The notes under the pieces were generated by a model. The model was not told where the DNA came from, made no database searches, and saw nothing but the letters and a program-made list of their open reading frames with translations. This document shows positions 1 to 13,745 of a DNA stretch of 64,000 bases, piece by piece. Location: assembly GCA_050613775.1 (NCBI GenBank), contig JBODTK010000122.1, forward strand, positions 372,001 to 436,000, written 5' to 3'. Both the position numbers and the translations under genes were made by a program. The stretch is from Neocallimastix sp. 'constans' (taxonomy: Eukaryota). Position 1 is the first letter of the stretch. Each line of letters starts with the position of its first letter.

Positions 1-38
1 TAAAGAAAGAAAAATCTAAATCAAAAGTTAATGAAGAA

Positions 39-1988
39 ATGAAAAATGAAACTGATAAAAAGAATAATAATAGTAATAATAGTAATAATAATAATAAAGA
101 AAACCCAGAGAAAAATGAAAATCCATTAGATGATTTAATGGAATTATTAGAACAAAATATTGATTTAGAAGATTTCAGAAAAAAAATGGAAAAATTTAAT
201 AATTATACTGGCTTAAACTTTTTATATAATTATTATTATTATGAAAAACCTGAAGTGACTGATATTGAAAGAAGGAATGGTTTAAAGGGTATAGAAGAAA
301 AAATAATAAAAATAAATGATTTTAAAACTATTAAAGAGAAAATCAAGCTAATAAAACATTTAATAAATAGTCATTTAATTAAAACTGTTGATGATATTAA
401 AGTTTTTCTTAAGGAAAATGAAATTACCATTAAGGAATTAAATAGTCTTAAAGGTTTTGATCTCTTAATCTATTTAATTGAAGGTCAGACTGGCTATATC
501 ACCATTCCATTAATAAAACACGTAGTAAGTTATACTTATTATAAAAATTTAAATTATACCATTTTCAGTAATAAATTTGGAGTTAGGTCGCCACTTCTTT
601 CTGCAATTATTAATAAAAATTATAGAGCTGCGGACTTTTTAATAAAAAGGGGTGCTGATATTAACTTTAAAATAAATTCTATTAATGTTCTCTATTATTT
701 ATTAAATAATCAATTTCTTGATAAAAGTACACTTAAATATTTAATTAATAATGGATATGATGTAGCTGTAATGGATTCCTTTATTATCAATAATTTAAGT
801 AATGATTATATTAATATCATATTTAACTATGGTATCTTTGATAATACTTTTGTTTTGAGGATGCTTCATGGATATAAGAAACAAATACCATTATCAAATG
901 CTCATATTCAATTCTTAGTGGAAAGAGAAAAGAAAAAAATTAAAATTCAAAATGACTGGTATTTTGAAGCCTTTAGTAAATCTGATTATGCAAAGATTGA
1001 TCTTTTATTTACCAATGAAATTATTCCTAATGAAAGCAAAATAAATGATATCATTTATAAAATTTTCTCTATTGTAGATATATATGATATGAAAAATCAT
1101 TCCGATAAGAAATATGAATTTAGAGAAGCAATCGAGAATAAGGAATTAAAGCAATTTCAAAAAATGTCTAAAGAATTTTTAGATGATGTCTCCCTACCAA
1201 ATATAGAACAAAAAAGAAATATGATTAAGGAGATAATGAAAGAAGATAACTTTGAAAGACTTATTGAATATGTTAAAAGGAATAATATCATGACTAAAGA
1301 CTTGAATGATGAACATTTCGATATATTAATTTATGCCATTGAAAACGGAGTATCCTTTGACAATATTTATGAAATTATAAAATTAGCACAATATCATATA
1401 TTTGACTATAAAATAATAGATGATGAAAGTAAAGATTTTAAGACACCATTTTTGGTTGCTATTTCTAATAGAAGATATGATGTAATTGACTTTTTAATAA
1501 ATAATGAAGTAAATATTCATAAACATCTTATTACAATGGTAGATGATAAACCTTGTAACGATCTCATTAACTATTTATGTAGAAATAAAAAATTAAATTA
1601 TCAAAGTCTAATCTACATATTTTCCAAGTTAGATAATAGTAAGGAAGATTATTATGTCGCTCCGGAGTCGTTTAATTATTTAATTGAAAGTTCAAAAAAT
1701 AAAGAAGCAGAATTTCTCATAAATAAATTTTCATTACCAATAGTGGATGATTGGTATAAAAAAGCTGCCCAAGTAGAAAACTTTGGATTTATTGATATGG
1801 CCTTTGAACATGATACCAGAGAATTTGATAAAAAATCTGAAATTCTTCAAACCATATTAGCCGAAAATCTTCATCCAATGAAAATTGCAGAATTTATGAA
1901 ATATACCAAACATACCAAGATAAAAGATATTTATCGGGAAACCATGATAAGTATATTCCAAGGTGAATTTGGAAAATTACTTTCTTAA
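39..1988 (+). CDS. Ankyrin-repeat-containing protein, 649 aa, intronless, two-fold internally repeated module
   Basis: Long open frame in very AT-rich DNA. Ankyrin-like motifs SPLLSAIINKNYRAADFLIKRGADINF and TPFLVAISNRRYDVIDFLINNEVNI, each preceded by a similar FD(L/I)LIY(L/A)IE block. Confidence 0.8.
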   Translation: MKNETDKKNNNSNNSNNNNKENPEKNENPLDDLMELLEQNIDLEDFRKKMEKFNNYTGLNFLYNYYYYEKPEVTDIERRNGLKGIEEKIIKINDFKTIKEKIKLIKHLINSHLIKTVDDIKVFLKENEITIKELNSLKGFDLLIYLIEGQTGYITIPLIKHVVSYTYYKNLNYTIFSNKFGVRSPLLSAIINKNYRAADFLIKRGADINFKINSINVLYYLLNNQFLDKSTLKYLINNGYDVAVMDSFIINNLSNDYINIIFNYGIFDNTFVLRMLHGYKKQIPLSNAHIQFLVEREKKKIKIQNDWYFEAFSKSDYAKIDLLFTNEIIPNESKINDIIYKIFSIVDIYDMKNHSDKKYEFREAIENKELKQFQKMSKEFLDDVSLPNIEQKRNMIKEIMKEDNFERLIEYVKRNNIMTKDLNDEHFDILIYAIENGVSFDNIYEIIKLAQYHIFDYKIIDDESKDFKTPFLVAISNRRYDVIDFLINNEVNIHKHLITMVDDKPCNDLINYLCRNKKLNYQSLIYIFSKLDNSKEDYYVAPESFNYLIESSKNKEAEFLINKFSLPIVDDWYKKAAQVENFGFIDMAFEHDTREFDKKSEILQTILAENLHPMKIAEFMKYTKHTKIKDIYRETMISIFQGEFGKLLS

Positions 1989-2188
1989 TTAATAAATAAA
2001 TAAATAAAAAGGATAAATATTTAATATAGAGTAATAATAATAATATAATATAAATTTTATATTATATATAATAATAATAATAATAATAATAAAAAAAGAT
2101 TAAATATTAAAAATTGTAAATTAATTTTTAAATATATATAAAATAAAATATGTGTTGATACTTTATTATTCAATAATAAAAATTTATA

Positions 2189-2222
<34 letters not shown>

Positions 2223-2751
2223 TTTTTTTTTTCCAATAGAATGTATTTAAAAAAATTAATAAAAACATTATATAATTAAAAAAAAAAAAAAATTTAAAAA
2301 AAATTGAAAGGCCACTTTTTAAAAGTGACTAATTTCACTAAATTTTTTAAAATTGACAAAAATTCATTTAAATTAAAATTTTGTTATAAAAATTTAAATA
2401 GTGAGAAATTATGTTGAAAAGATAATCAACGGTCGAGTTTTTATCAATTTAATAAAATAAAACTATTCTTTCAAGCTAATTTTAACTTGAACTAAATCAT
2501 ATTTAAATATTATTGTTATTATCATTCATTATATTTATTATCATTTATAATAATAACAATAATAATAATAATAAATATATATATTATATTAACAATATAA
2601 ATTCAATTTAAATTCTTAAAAATGCTTATAAAAAAAAATTCTTAAAATGACAATTAAAACTTAAATTTCAAAATCAAATATACATAGTTGTAAAAAAATT
2701 TTTTTTTATAAAATTCAACGAAAAAACTTTCAAATTATTTCAATAGGTTAA

Positions 2752-2798
<47 letters not shown>

Positions 2799-4592
2799 TT
2801 TCAAGTTATATTCAAGAATTTTATATATAATTAATATAACTTTTATAATAAAATAATTATTATTTTTTTTTTATATTTATAATTATTTAAATAATAATGT
2901 AGTTTTAATAATTTTTTAATATCTAAATAAAACTAAATAAACTAAATTAATTTTAATAGTGGTTAAGTATTACAATTATATATGTTTAAATAGTAAATAA
3001 AAATAAATAATAAATAAATAAATATAAATATTAATAATAAAAATATATAATAAAAATAATAGTAACTAATAAAAATAAAAATAAATAATAAAAATAAATA
3101 ATAAAAATAAATAATAACTAATAAAAATAATTATAATAAATAATAAAAAATAAATAATAAAAATAAAAATAAATAATTAAAATAAATAATTAAAATAAAT
3201 AATTTATAATAAAAATAAAACTAAAAGAAAAAAAAATAAAAATTAAAATAAACAGTGTAATAAACGAAAAAAAAATAAAAATAAAAATAAACAGAGTAAT
3301 AAATTAAAGTGTTTTATTTATAATCACTGAAGCAGTCTGTAAAAAAATAATAATAATTCTTTCTTCTAACTAATAATTATTATTTCTTAGTTTTGTTAAT
3401 TATTTATATAATAATAAACATAATTTTATGTTTTAAAAATATAATATATTCATTCAATATTTATTAAATAATCTTGATAGAGTTTATTTTATTTTCTTAT
3501 TTTTATTTAATATTTAATATTAAAAGAAAATGATTAAATATTTTATAATAATTAATTTTTAATAATTTTTATTTTTAAAATAATTTATTTGTTTTATTAT
3601 GACAAAGTTTATAATAAACTCTAATAACATAAAGTATTGTATATTATTTTTCATTTTTCTCTACTTATTAATTAATATTATTGTAGTTAATAACTTAATT
3701 AATAATAAGGAATTTTATATTTTTAAGTTGATGTGATAATGAACAAAATAGGTTCAATGAAATAACTTTTTATAGTTTTATATAATTAAAAAAAAGGAGA
3801 AAAAATCTTTAAATAAATTTTTATATATATAAAAATATATATATAGTAATTATAAAAGAAATAATCTATTTAACCAAAAATTGGTTTAAGGTTTATATTT
3901 TTATATAATCTATTTTCAGGAGACAATGTAATAACTTTATAAAGAACAAATATTTAATTAATTAAGTCTTTATACTTCTTTTCATTTTTATTTTTCAATA
4001 TATTATGAATTAGATAATTAATTACAACATTGTTCATATTAAATAAAAAAAAAAAAGTTTTATATATATAATATTAAAAAAAAAAAAAAAAAAAATATTA
4101 AACTTTTTATAATATTATACATACAAATTTATATAAATGTCAAATGTCAAATTTAAAAATTACAATATACATTGATTGATTAAATGGATACTAAAATAAT
4201 TACCATAAAATTTTCCTGAAATTATTTTATTTTATTTTTATTTTTATTCTTATTCTTATTTACAATTATTCATTTCATAGATATAATTAATTATTAATTG
4301 AAAATAATTATTATTTATAATCAAAGGTTATTGCAAAATCTAATACGATTTTAGATATTTTCATAATGACCATTTCTTGTAGAGTTTGAACATAGAATAG
4401 TAATTTTTAATTTTTTTTCTTTTAAATTTTTTTATTCTATTTAATATGTAATTCATTAAAATACATTCCGATTAATTATCTTTATAACATATTTTTAATT
4501 TATTAATGAAAAAAGTTTTATATAATATAGAATTTTTTATATTATAATAAAATAATAATATATTTTAATCATACAATACACTAAAAAAAAAA

Positions 4593-4635
<43 letters not shown>

Positions 4636-6326
4636 TTTAATAAAAAAGATTATAAAATATATTTAACAAAATTAATATATTAAAATGAAAATGAAAACTA
4701 TTTTTTTTTAAACTAGGAATAAAAAAAAAAAAAAAAAAAAACTTAATATTATATTTATTATTGTAAATAATATAACCTTAATTTCATATTAATTATAGTA
4801 TATAATATAACCTTAATATTTTATAGTAAATTATATACATTAAGTTCTATTATTATACTAACCAAAAATAAACTTCAGTAATTATTCCTGCTATATATAT
4901 ATATCAAATATAGAACAGATAAAAATAACCTGTTTTGTATCATAGTAGATTGAATCTATTTTAAGTACTAAAAATTGTGTGTTGTAAAAAGAATACATTA
5001 GATTAAAAAGTTTAATATTTATATATTAAAAAAACAATAACAGCATTTAATTAACATAATAAAATTAATACAATAAAATATAAATGTTGCCTAATAAATA
5101 ATGTTATTATTATATTTATTATAGTAGGGAAAATATACATATTAAAAAAAAATTTAACATTTAATAACCAAAACAAAAATAATGTAAATAATAAATGTCA
5201 ATATTATATTTATTATCGTAGGAAAAATCTACATATATTAAGGTTTTATAAGCGCTATTTTTATAAGAATTTTTTGTTATTTTTAGAAATGATACATAAA
5301 TATATATATATATTACAGTAGGGAAGAAAAAGAATAAAAATATATATAAAACAAATATCATTTATAATATTTTTGAATATATATTAATTAATAGTCTTTG
5401 GAAATGTAAATACTAAAATAAATATAAATGAAATATTTACTAAATACAGAGATTATATTGCATCTATGATTATAAATTTAAAACCAATAAAATAATTATA
5501 TTTATATTTATATACTAATTATTATTAATAGAGGTTCTATAAAGTATTGATTAGATTAATAATTCATTTGATAGTACATAGATCATATACAGTATTCAAA
5601 TATATTATTTATTTTTAAGTACAAAATATTATATATTTTTATATTTTATGATTTTAATTGATGTTTAAAAATATATTATAAATTTAATTTAGTGCATAAG
5701 ATTAATCTAGAAATAAAATATGTTTATAATATATGTAATTTATTATTAAATAATAATATATATCTGGTATATATATATATATATATATTTGATACTATAT
5801 TTACATTTTAAAAGCTAATATCACAAATTTTCAGTATCTTTTTAAAAATACATAATTTTTTTTTTTAAAATAAGAATTTTATTAAAAATGAATAAACTAA
5901 ATAAATAATTAAATCGATTCAATATATTAACTTTAAAAAATTTTTAAAATATAATAATTTTTACATATATATAAATTTTATTTTTTAATAAATTACTTTT
6001 TTAATTGATGATAGAAATAGTAATAATTTTATTTTTTAAAAGTTAAACTATTTATAATGTACTATTTAAATGTCAATTTAAACTTTAATTATACTACTAT
6101 ATACATATTAACATTCAAAAAAAAAAAAAACTTTATTTTACTTTATTTTAAATAAATTAATATAATTTAAAATTGTAACTAATTTTATTATGATTAATAT
6201 CACATCAATTCTTATTACTACGTTTATAATTAATTCAAAAAAAGAATATAAATAAGAATAATATGAAAAATCGTAATTATAATTAATTTTATTTTTTTTT
6301 TTATTTTGTATATAAATAATTCATTT

Positions 6327-6358
<32 letters not shown>

Positions 6359-6423
6359 ATAAATCATTATTAATTTTATATAATAAAATCAGTATTCATT
6401 ATTAAAATAGCATATTAAACAAA

Positions 6424-6597
6424 ATGCCATTTACTTGTTCTGATATCTTCAAAATTATCTTTGCTATCATCTTACCACCACTTGGTGTTTTCTTAGAAAG
6501 AGGAATTGGAATGGATTTAATTATTAACATTATCTTAACTATTATTGGGTTTGTTCCGGGTATTATACACGCGCTGTATATTATTTGCAAGTATTAG
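6424..6597 (+). CDS. PMP3: PMP3/UPF0057 plasma-membrane proteolipid, 57 aa, copy 1
   Basis: Translated by hand: MPFTCSDIFKIIFAIILPPLGVFLERGIGMDLIINIILTIIGFVPGIIHALYIICKY*. Contains the family motifs LPPLGV, INIILT and PGIIHALY. The ORF track shows only the antisense shadow ORF. Confidence 0.92.
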   Translation: MPFTCSDIFKIIFAIILPPLGVFLERGIGMDLIINIILTIIGFVPGIIHALYIICKY

Positions 6598-8402
6598 TAC
6601 AAAAATTATCATTAGAATTTACATGAACGCCATATCCTTAATTTCAAATAATCACAGTAAAGCAAAAAAAACAAAAAAAAAAAAAATCAAGAAGAAATTA
6701 TACAAATTCCATATATAAATGGAAACATTAACTTGTAAATGTAAAAAAAAAAAAAAAAAAAATATTCTCTATCATCAAATTAAAAAACTTCATCATCATA
6801 TTAAAATTACAAAATGTTTATAAAACAGAATTCATACTTAAAAATATACAAAAAAAAAATTTTTTTAATTAATAATTATAATTAATTGTATAAAAAATTT
6901 AATTTGTATGAATATAATAAATAAATAAAATATATATAAATATATAAAATATAATAATTTGAATAAATTTTTATTGAATTATTGTGTAATATGAAATTGG
7001 AGGTTTATTATAGTTATTTTTATATAGACATGATATCAAGAATAGTATTATTAGAATGTAATATGAATTTCTCTTTTTATATTGATAAAATATGTTATTT
7101 AATGTATATTTAACGTTGAAAATACTGATATTATTTAAAAAATAAAAATTTTACTACTATATTATTTGATCATAAATAATCTTAAAATATTTAATATTTT
7201 AAAATATTATTATAAATATATTATTATTATTATTATATTATTATTATTGAAACAAATTAATTAAATAATAATATTAATATTAATTAGTTTTTAATATTTA
7301 TTAAAATATTAATTAGATAAAAATTAAATAATATTTTTTTTAAAAAAAAAAAAAAAAACAGAATTTTCTAATGGCAATAATTATATATTTATTAATAAAA
7401 TTAATAAAATCAATTACTAATTATAAATTCATTTCATATACTTATGACACATTTAAATTTTTTTTTTATTTTTTTAGATAAAGATTAACGAGAGGGACTC
7501 TCTAATCTCTCCTTTAAACGAATATTGATAATTTATAATTATTAATTCTTTATATTTAATTAGTATTATATAGAATATTCATCATAATATAGAGTTTAAT
7601 AGTATGAATGCATGATTTATTTTTTATTAATTTTTTTTATAGTTTATTAGTATTATATATTTATATAATATATTTATATATTACTTTATTGGAGACAAAT
7701 TTTTTCTTTATTATAATTTTTGACAGTTCATAAGAATAAAAAAAAAAATTGATCATATGATAATTTATTAAATTAATTTATTAATTTAATAATAAAAAAT
7801 TTAAAATAAAACTATAGAATATTTTATAGAAAGAATTAAAGTTTTAATGACTATTTTAACTGAATTCTTTAACTGAAATGAAAAAAGTTTTTAATTATTA
7901 TCCAATCAAAGTTATATAAAAAAAAACTTTTAATTGTATTTATGAAATAGACAATTAAGATAATAGTTAATACTGAATAATATATTTATTTCCATATTTT
8001 AGTATTTATTAAAATAAAAATGATAATAGCTGAACTTTCCTTTAAAAAAGTATTGGATATGTGTTATTAGAATTTAATCATTAAATAAAAATCTTAGGTT
8101 AATAGTAAAACTAAGTTAATTTTAGAACAAGCCACAAACTTGTATATGTACATTTATATTTCATTATTTATTATATTATAATATTATCACTTAATTAAAT
8201 TTTCATTCAAAAGATAACTGAATTAAGAATAATTTATAACAATCATGTTTTAATATATTATAATAGTGTTTAATTAAAATAATATTATATGAATGATTAA
8301 TTATATATTTTGATTTATTTTATATATTATTTTTGTATTGCGTATTTTTTTTTTTTATATATATATTCTAATTAAACTAAAAAAAGAAAAATTAAAAAGT
8401 AT

Positions 8403-8433
<31 letters not shown>

Positions 8434-8695
8434 TCTTTGGATATATAAAGAAGAAATTTTCTTAAATTTTATTAATTTTTCGTAAAATAATAAAAAAACA
8501 AAAAAAAAAAAAAAAAAAAAAAAAACAAGTTTTTTTTTCTTATTTAATTTTAATAAGAATTGAAAAAAGGAATTCAAGTAATATTTTAGTTAGAATTTAG
8601 CTAAAAAAAAAAATTATAAATACGAAGTATAAATACGAAAATAATATAAATTTTAAAAAATATTAATATTATTTTAAAGAAAAAATTAAAAGAAG

Positions 8696-8869
8696 ATGCC
8701 TTTAACCTGTAGTGATATTTTCAAGATCATTGGTGCTTGTATTATTCCACCACTTGGTGTTTTCATGGAAAGAGGTTGTAATAAAGATTTTATTATTAAT
8801 GTTCTTTTAACTTGTTTATGTTGGGCGCCGGGAATGATACACGCATTATATATTATCTGTAAATATTAA
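8696..8869 (+). CDS. PMP3: PMP3/UPF0057 plasma-membrane proteolipid, 57 aa, copy 2
   Basis: Translated by hand: MPLTCSDIFKIIGACIIPPLGVFMERGCNKDFIINVLLTCLCWAPGMIHALYIICKY*. Colinear with copy 1. Confidence 0.92.
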   Translation: MPLTCSDIFKIIGACIIPPLGVFMERGCNKDFIINVLLTCLCWAPGMIHALYIICKY

Positions 8870-9811
8870 TAAACTCAAAAGAAATTTAAATTATTTAAAT
8901 GAATAAACATATTTAAATAAATATATTAAAAAAGATTGTAAAAGATCTTAAAAATTTCTTGAGAAATAATTGAAATGAATAATCATTTCAAACATAAACA
9001 ATAATTATTATAGTTTTTATTAACTTTTATCGAAAGATATATTTATAATTATATCATATTACGCTAAAAATTACAGTATTATTTATATATATTAACATTA
9101 ACAATGAATATCACTAAGCAATATTTAAACTAAATATATTAATATTAATATTCAAAATAAAAAAAAAAAAATATTATTTATATTAGAATAAAAATTTTGA
9201 TACTTTCAAATACTTTTTATTTTAATATTATTATACATAATATTTATTGCATGTATCATATTTTAAAATTATTACTAAAAAAAAATTATTAAAGTTAAAT
9301 AAAAAAAGAAAAATAAATAATAAAAAAATAAATATTTTAAAAAATAAATGAAAAAGTTTTTTTTTTGTTCAAATTATTATTATTTAAATAAAAATTTTTT
9401 TATTCACATGTATATGTATAATATATATAATTATATATATATATATATATTTTTATATTTGAAGATATATTTTTATTATAAATTTTGTAATATTGTATAT
9501 TTTAATTGTAATAAATATATTATCATAAAAATTATTTTTAAGAAAGTATTTTAAGTTAATAATGTTTGTATTACATTAAATTATAAATTATAAAGTATTA
9601 AAAGACAGGATGTCATAAATTTTTATATCATTAATTTTAGAATTTGAAAAATAATTTTTTTTTTCTTTTTTTTTTTTTTAGAGTTAAATGAATCTTCAAA
9701 ATTTGAAAAAGAAAGAGATATTCTCTACATAAAGGAATCATTTAAAAAAAAAAAAAAAAAAATAGGATTCTTTTTTAATTATTTGGATGATATTTCATAT
9801 TTATATAATAT

Positions 9812-9850
<39 letters not shown>

Positions 9851-9853
<3 letters not shown>

Positions 9854-10200
9854 CGTAGGCAACCAAACCTCACCTCCTCCAGATTACTTATTCTGGATTA
9901 GGGCTTGAATTGACTATCTGAAAGAAATTATGGTCATCTCTTTTAGAGTCATTTTCCCTGCTGGTCTATCTTACTACATTTTCAGCGTTGACTCTACCGG
10001 TTCTACTGGTTAGTTTGCGTTTATACACATCACTTTTTTTTTATATATATATATATATATATAATCTAAAATCAATAATTTTTTGCATCTCTTCCAACCA
10101 AGAAGGAGGGGTATATAATTCATACCATGTCACATATATATATTTACACGGTCATTATTCAATAAATTACACTTCCAGTGCTTTATTAAATAGATTAAAA
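9851..10200 (-). mobile_element. Degenerate LINE 3' fragment, same family as the 54.7-58.5 kb element
   Basis: 9865-9945 (caaacctcacctcc...ggattagggcttgaattgactatctgaaagaaattatggtc) matches 54921-54995. ttccaaccaagaag...taccatgtcacatatat matches 55268-55315. Confidence 0.75.
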
Positions 10201-10459
10201 TATTTTTATGTATTACATTTAATAATAAAAAAAATACATTATTTAATTAAAAGATAAAAAATAAAATGTATATAAAAGATTAAGTAAAATAAAATAAAAA
10301 AAAAAAAAAAAACAATAAAAAATAATTATATAAAAAAAAAATAATAACAAATTTTAATTAATTATAGAAAATTTAATGCAATAAAGAATAAAAATAAGTT
10401 CAAAAGTTAAAAAAAAAAAAAAAAAAAAATTTCGGTGTGATGTATACTATGTGTAGTAA

Positions 10460-10697
10460 TGGATTTTCACCTCCAGATACAGATTCGATTGATAACACTA
10501 ATACTGAAATTATTACTCACAATAATGGACGTGGTGTTATTATCGAGGAATGGGAAAAGTTAGAGGCTATTGCTTCTAACGCACTTTTATAATTTTATTA
10601 TATATAATATTTTATTTCATGTATTTTATTTGTTATTTTTTCATTTAATTTCATGTAATTTTATTATTATTATAAATTAAATAAAGTTTTCTCTAAG

Positions 10698-10730
<33 letters not shown>
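10460..10730 (+). mobile_element. 5'-truncated LINE insertion (ORF C-terminus, 3' UTR, poly(A)) with a 30-bp TSD
   Basis: Encodes DTDSIDN...GVIIEEWEKLEAIASNALL*, matching the C-terminus DTDSND...GVIFDEWEELEAISSSKLIT of the 13.9-kb ORF. Ends aataaagttttctctaagtct(A)30. Flanked by identical TTTCGGTGTGATGTATACTATGTGTAGTAA at 10430-10459 and 10731-10760. Confidence 0.85.
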
Positions 10731-10734
<4 letters not shown>

Positions 10735-10760
10735 GGTGTGATGTATACTATGTGTAGTAA

Positions 10761-10958
10761 CATGATCTTTACCTGTAAAGAATTGGGAAAATTACAGAAA
10801 AAAGTCTTTACCTTTTCTAGAAGATCTCTTTTGTATGAATTTGTTATGATAATTGAACAAAAATCCTTGGATATTTCTTTAGATTCAGAAAAGGATTATG
10901 ATAATGATATCTATAATTTTATATGGAGTGCTCTTCTTTGGCGGACGATCAATATATG

Positions 10959-10996
<38 letters not shown>

Positions 10997-11546
10997 AAAC
11001 TTAATGATGGGGAACAAAGACAATTAGTAGACAATATTTTTAAACAAAGTTCTACTTTGTCGACTGTTTCTGTATTTTGTAGGACATTGTGGAGTTTCTA
11101 CCAAACATAATATCATTAATTTTAATTTGTTGATCTTTTTAGATTGATGATGAAATAGTATTCCGTTGAATCTATTGAATCTATTGTTGCTAAGAGCGTC
11201 GACGACGTCGTACTGATAAGGCATAATGATAATACAGGATCGTCATCTATTTCTACGAAGGATGAATCTTGCCCTAGTAGTTCAATAAATGATGAATCTG
11301 GGGAGAGTTTAGTGGACACCACACTATCTATTTTAAAGATGTTACTTCTAGGTTTTATTTCTTTTTTATTTGTTAGGAAGGGAAAAATTCCCGCATAGTA
11401 CAACTTGCCGAAATACATAGTATTTTCGAGCTTTTTTATTTTTTTATTTTTTAATTTTTTTATTTTTAATTTCAAATGTACTTTTCACCTACATGTATTT
11501 TTTTAAAATAAAATTAATAAAGTTTTGGAAGTGTATTCTCTTCCCC

Positions 11547-11581
<35 letters not shown>
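10761..11581 (+). mobile_element. Degenerate LINE 3' fragment (post-zinc-finger region, 3' UTR, poly(A))
   Basis: Frameshifted peptides EQKSLDISLDSEKDYDNDIYNFIWSALL/GGRSIYE/GEQRQLVDNIF align with EKSLNIPDDKEEDFDDNINFYVLCLLLGGNAVFE...GERRRFINNIF. Contains AAGAGCGTCGACG (KSVD) and ends ggaagtgtattctcttccccttct(A)n. Confidence 0.8.
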
Positions 11582-11587
<6 letters not shown>

Positions 11588-12051
11588 GTCGACGTTCGAA
11601 ATGATAAGGCATGGATTTTCACCTTTCCCGTTGAAAGATCTGACTCAAATTCGATTGATAAACACTAATACTAATACTGAAATTATTTACTCGCAATAAT
11701 GGACGTAATGTTATCATTGAGGAATAGGAAAAAGTTAGAAACTATTGCTTCTAACGTACTTTTATAATTATTATAATATATAATACTTTCATTTCAAGTA
11801 TTTTATTTTTTATTTTTTATTTTTTATTTTTTTTTTTATTTTTTATTTTTTATTTTTTATTTTTTATTTTTTATTTTTTATTTTTTATTTTTTATTTTTT
11901 ATTTTTTATTTTTTTATTTTTTATTTTTATTTTTATTTTTATTTTTTATTTTATTTTATTTTTATTTAAATCATTTAATATTTATTATTATTATTATAAA
12001 TTAAATAAAGTTATTCTCTAAGTCTAAACAAAAAAAAAAAAAAAAAAAAAA
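11582..12051 (+). mobile_element. 5'-truncated LINE 3' fragment with poly(A)
   Basis: Starts AAGAGCGTCGACG. 11612-11770 closely resembles 10460-10592. Ends aataaagttattctctaagtct followed by an A-tract. Confidence 0.8.
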
Positions 12052-12646
12052 TTTCTGAATTATGAGGTGTGTAATATATATATGTGATATAGTACGCGAT
12101 ATGGCAAAGGAATAGTGTGGTTAGAAGTCCTATTAATTCTCATCAACATACATTTAACTAACAGCACAGTTCCAAACACAGAACCTATAGTTTAAGTAAT
12201 TCAATTTTTGATGATTTTTCTTATGATTCAGGGGATAGTTTTAATGGATACAACATTGTTTATTTTAAAGATGGTACTTTTTTGATTTTATTATTTTAGA
12301 TTTAATTGGTGATCCAGTGAGAAAAGCTAGGTACAACTAACACCACCCCATGGGCAACATTTAGGGTAATCTTCTGAAACTATTTTTCTTTCAATGGAAA
12401 TAGAAAATTACTAATAATAAATAACAACGATTATCATCATTTGACCTATGCTGTGCTGAGCTTGAATAGATTTCTAGTTTTATATATATATATATATTTA
12501 AATTATAAAGTTATCGTAATTCGTACCTTTAATTTTTTTTTTTTTTTTTTTTTTAGACTAGGAAGAGAATACACTTCCAAGTCTTTTTTTTTTTTTTTTT
12601 TCGTACCTTTAATTCGTACCTTGGAATTTAGCAACCATCAAACCAT

Positions 12647-13745
12647 TTTTTTTTTTTTTTTAACGGCAGCAAACTTGTTTCATCTTTATTAATTAAATAT
12701 TTGATAAAATACATGTAATAAAATAAAAAAAAAAAAAGATAAAAAAAATAAACAAAAAATAAAACACAAAATAAAATAAAATAATGGTATAATATATTCT
12801 AGTTTCATTTAATTAATATTTGTAAGACTTCACAAGGGCATTATTATACTGAAGTATAATAATTAATTTTGACTTCGCAATGTTAATCATAATTTTAAGA
12901 AACAAAATTATGATCTTCATTGGTTGCGCTATCCCTGCTGGCCTGTTTTACTGTTTCTTCAGCATTGACGTTCTTGGTAGTAGTAGTACGATTCGATTTG
13001 AACCTATTGAACAAAGACCATTGCTGGCCAATAGCAATAGGTATAATTGATTGGAGAAGTGCCGCAGTAACCACTAAGAACGGAGTATCAGAATAAGCAC
13101 CTGATTTCATTTGGCACTTAAATAGATCCTCCCATTCCCTTGTACTTTTATTAATACTTCGACCTCCAAGAAGGAAATTAAACACTTTTTCACACACACT
13201 AGAATCAATATACACATTATTTTCAATACTATTACTAACATTACTAAAAATATTATTACTAGTAATACTATAACTATTATTACTATTACTATTATTACTA
13301 TTACTATTATAACTATTACTATTATCATTATTACTATTAACTATATCATTTGTTAGGTTGCCACGGTTAAAAGCATTATATAAAAATAAAATTTTATCAT
13401 TAACTTTACTACGAATATGATCGAAAAAAGGACAATCAATTAACCAATGACTTATCTATTGTTTATTACTTTTACAACAGGGACAAAAATTAGGACACAT
13501 TTGATCTACTATTTTTGCAGCTTTAGCAATTCTAGCATCTAATCTATATCCGCTTCGTGCTCTCAATAGCCAATAGAAACCATATAAAAGATCAGGATAT
13601 TCATAACAAAGTTTTATAAATTTTGATGTTTTTTTCGAATTTGTTTTTGTCATAAAACTCAGCTTTAATAGAATTGATTTTCATATCTCTTTTCCAATAA
13701 AAATCCTTGATTTTATTATCGTTATTACCTCTTTTCTCTAGTTTA
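12647..13745 (-). mobile_element. Degenerate LINE C-terminal portion, interrupted by the younger 13759-17817 element
   Basis: Peptides GFYWLLRARSGYRLDARIAK...CPNFCPCC and NFLLGGRS...EWEDLFK...EDHNFVS are homologous to the LINE C-terminal domain. An A-tail lies at 12647-12661 on the minus strand. Confidence 0.8.

Noticed and set aside
6402..6590. 62-aa minus-strand ORF in the track
   Set aside because: Antisense shadow of the PMP3 gene on the plus strand.
12052..12470. Moderately complex segment among the LINE fragments
   Set aside because: No frame, motif or repeat match that I could recognise; left unannotated.
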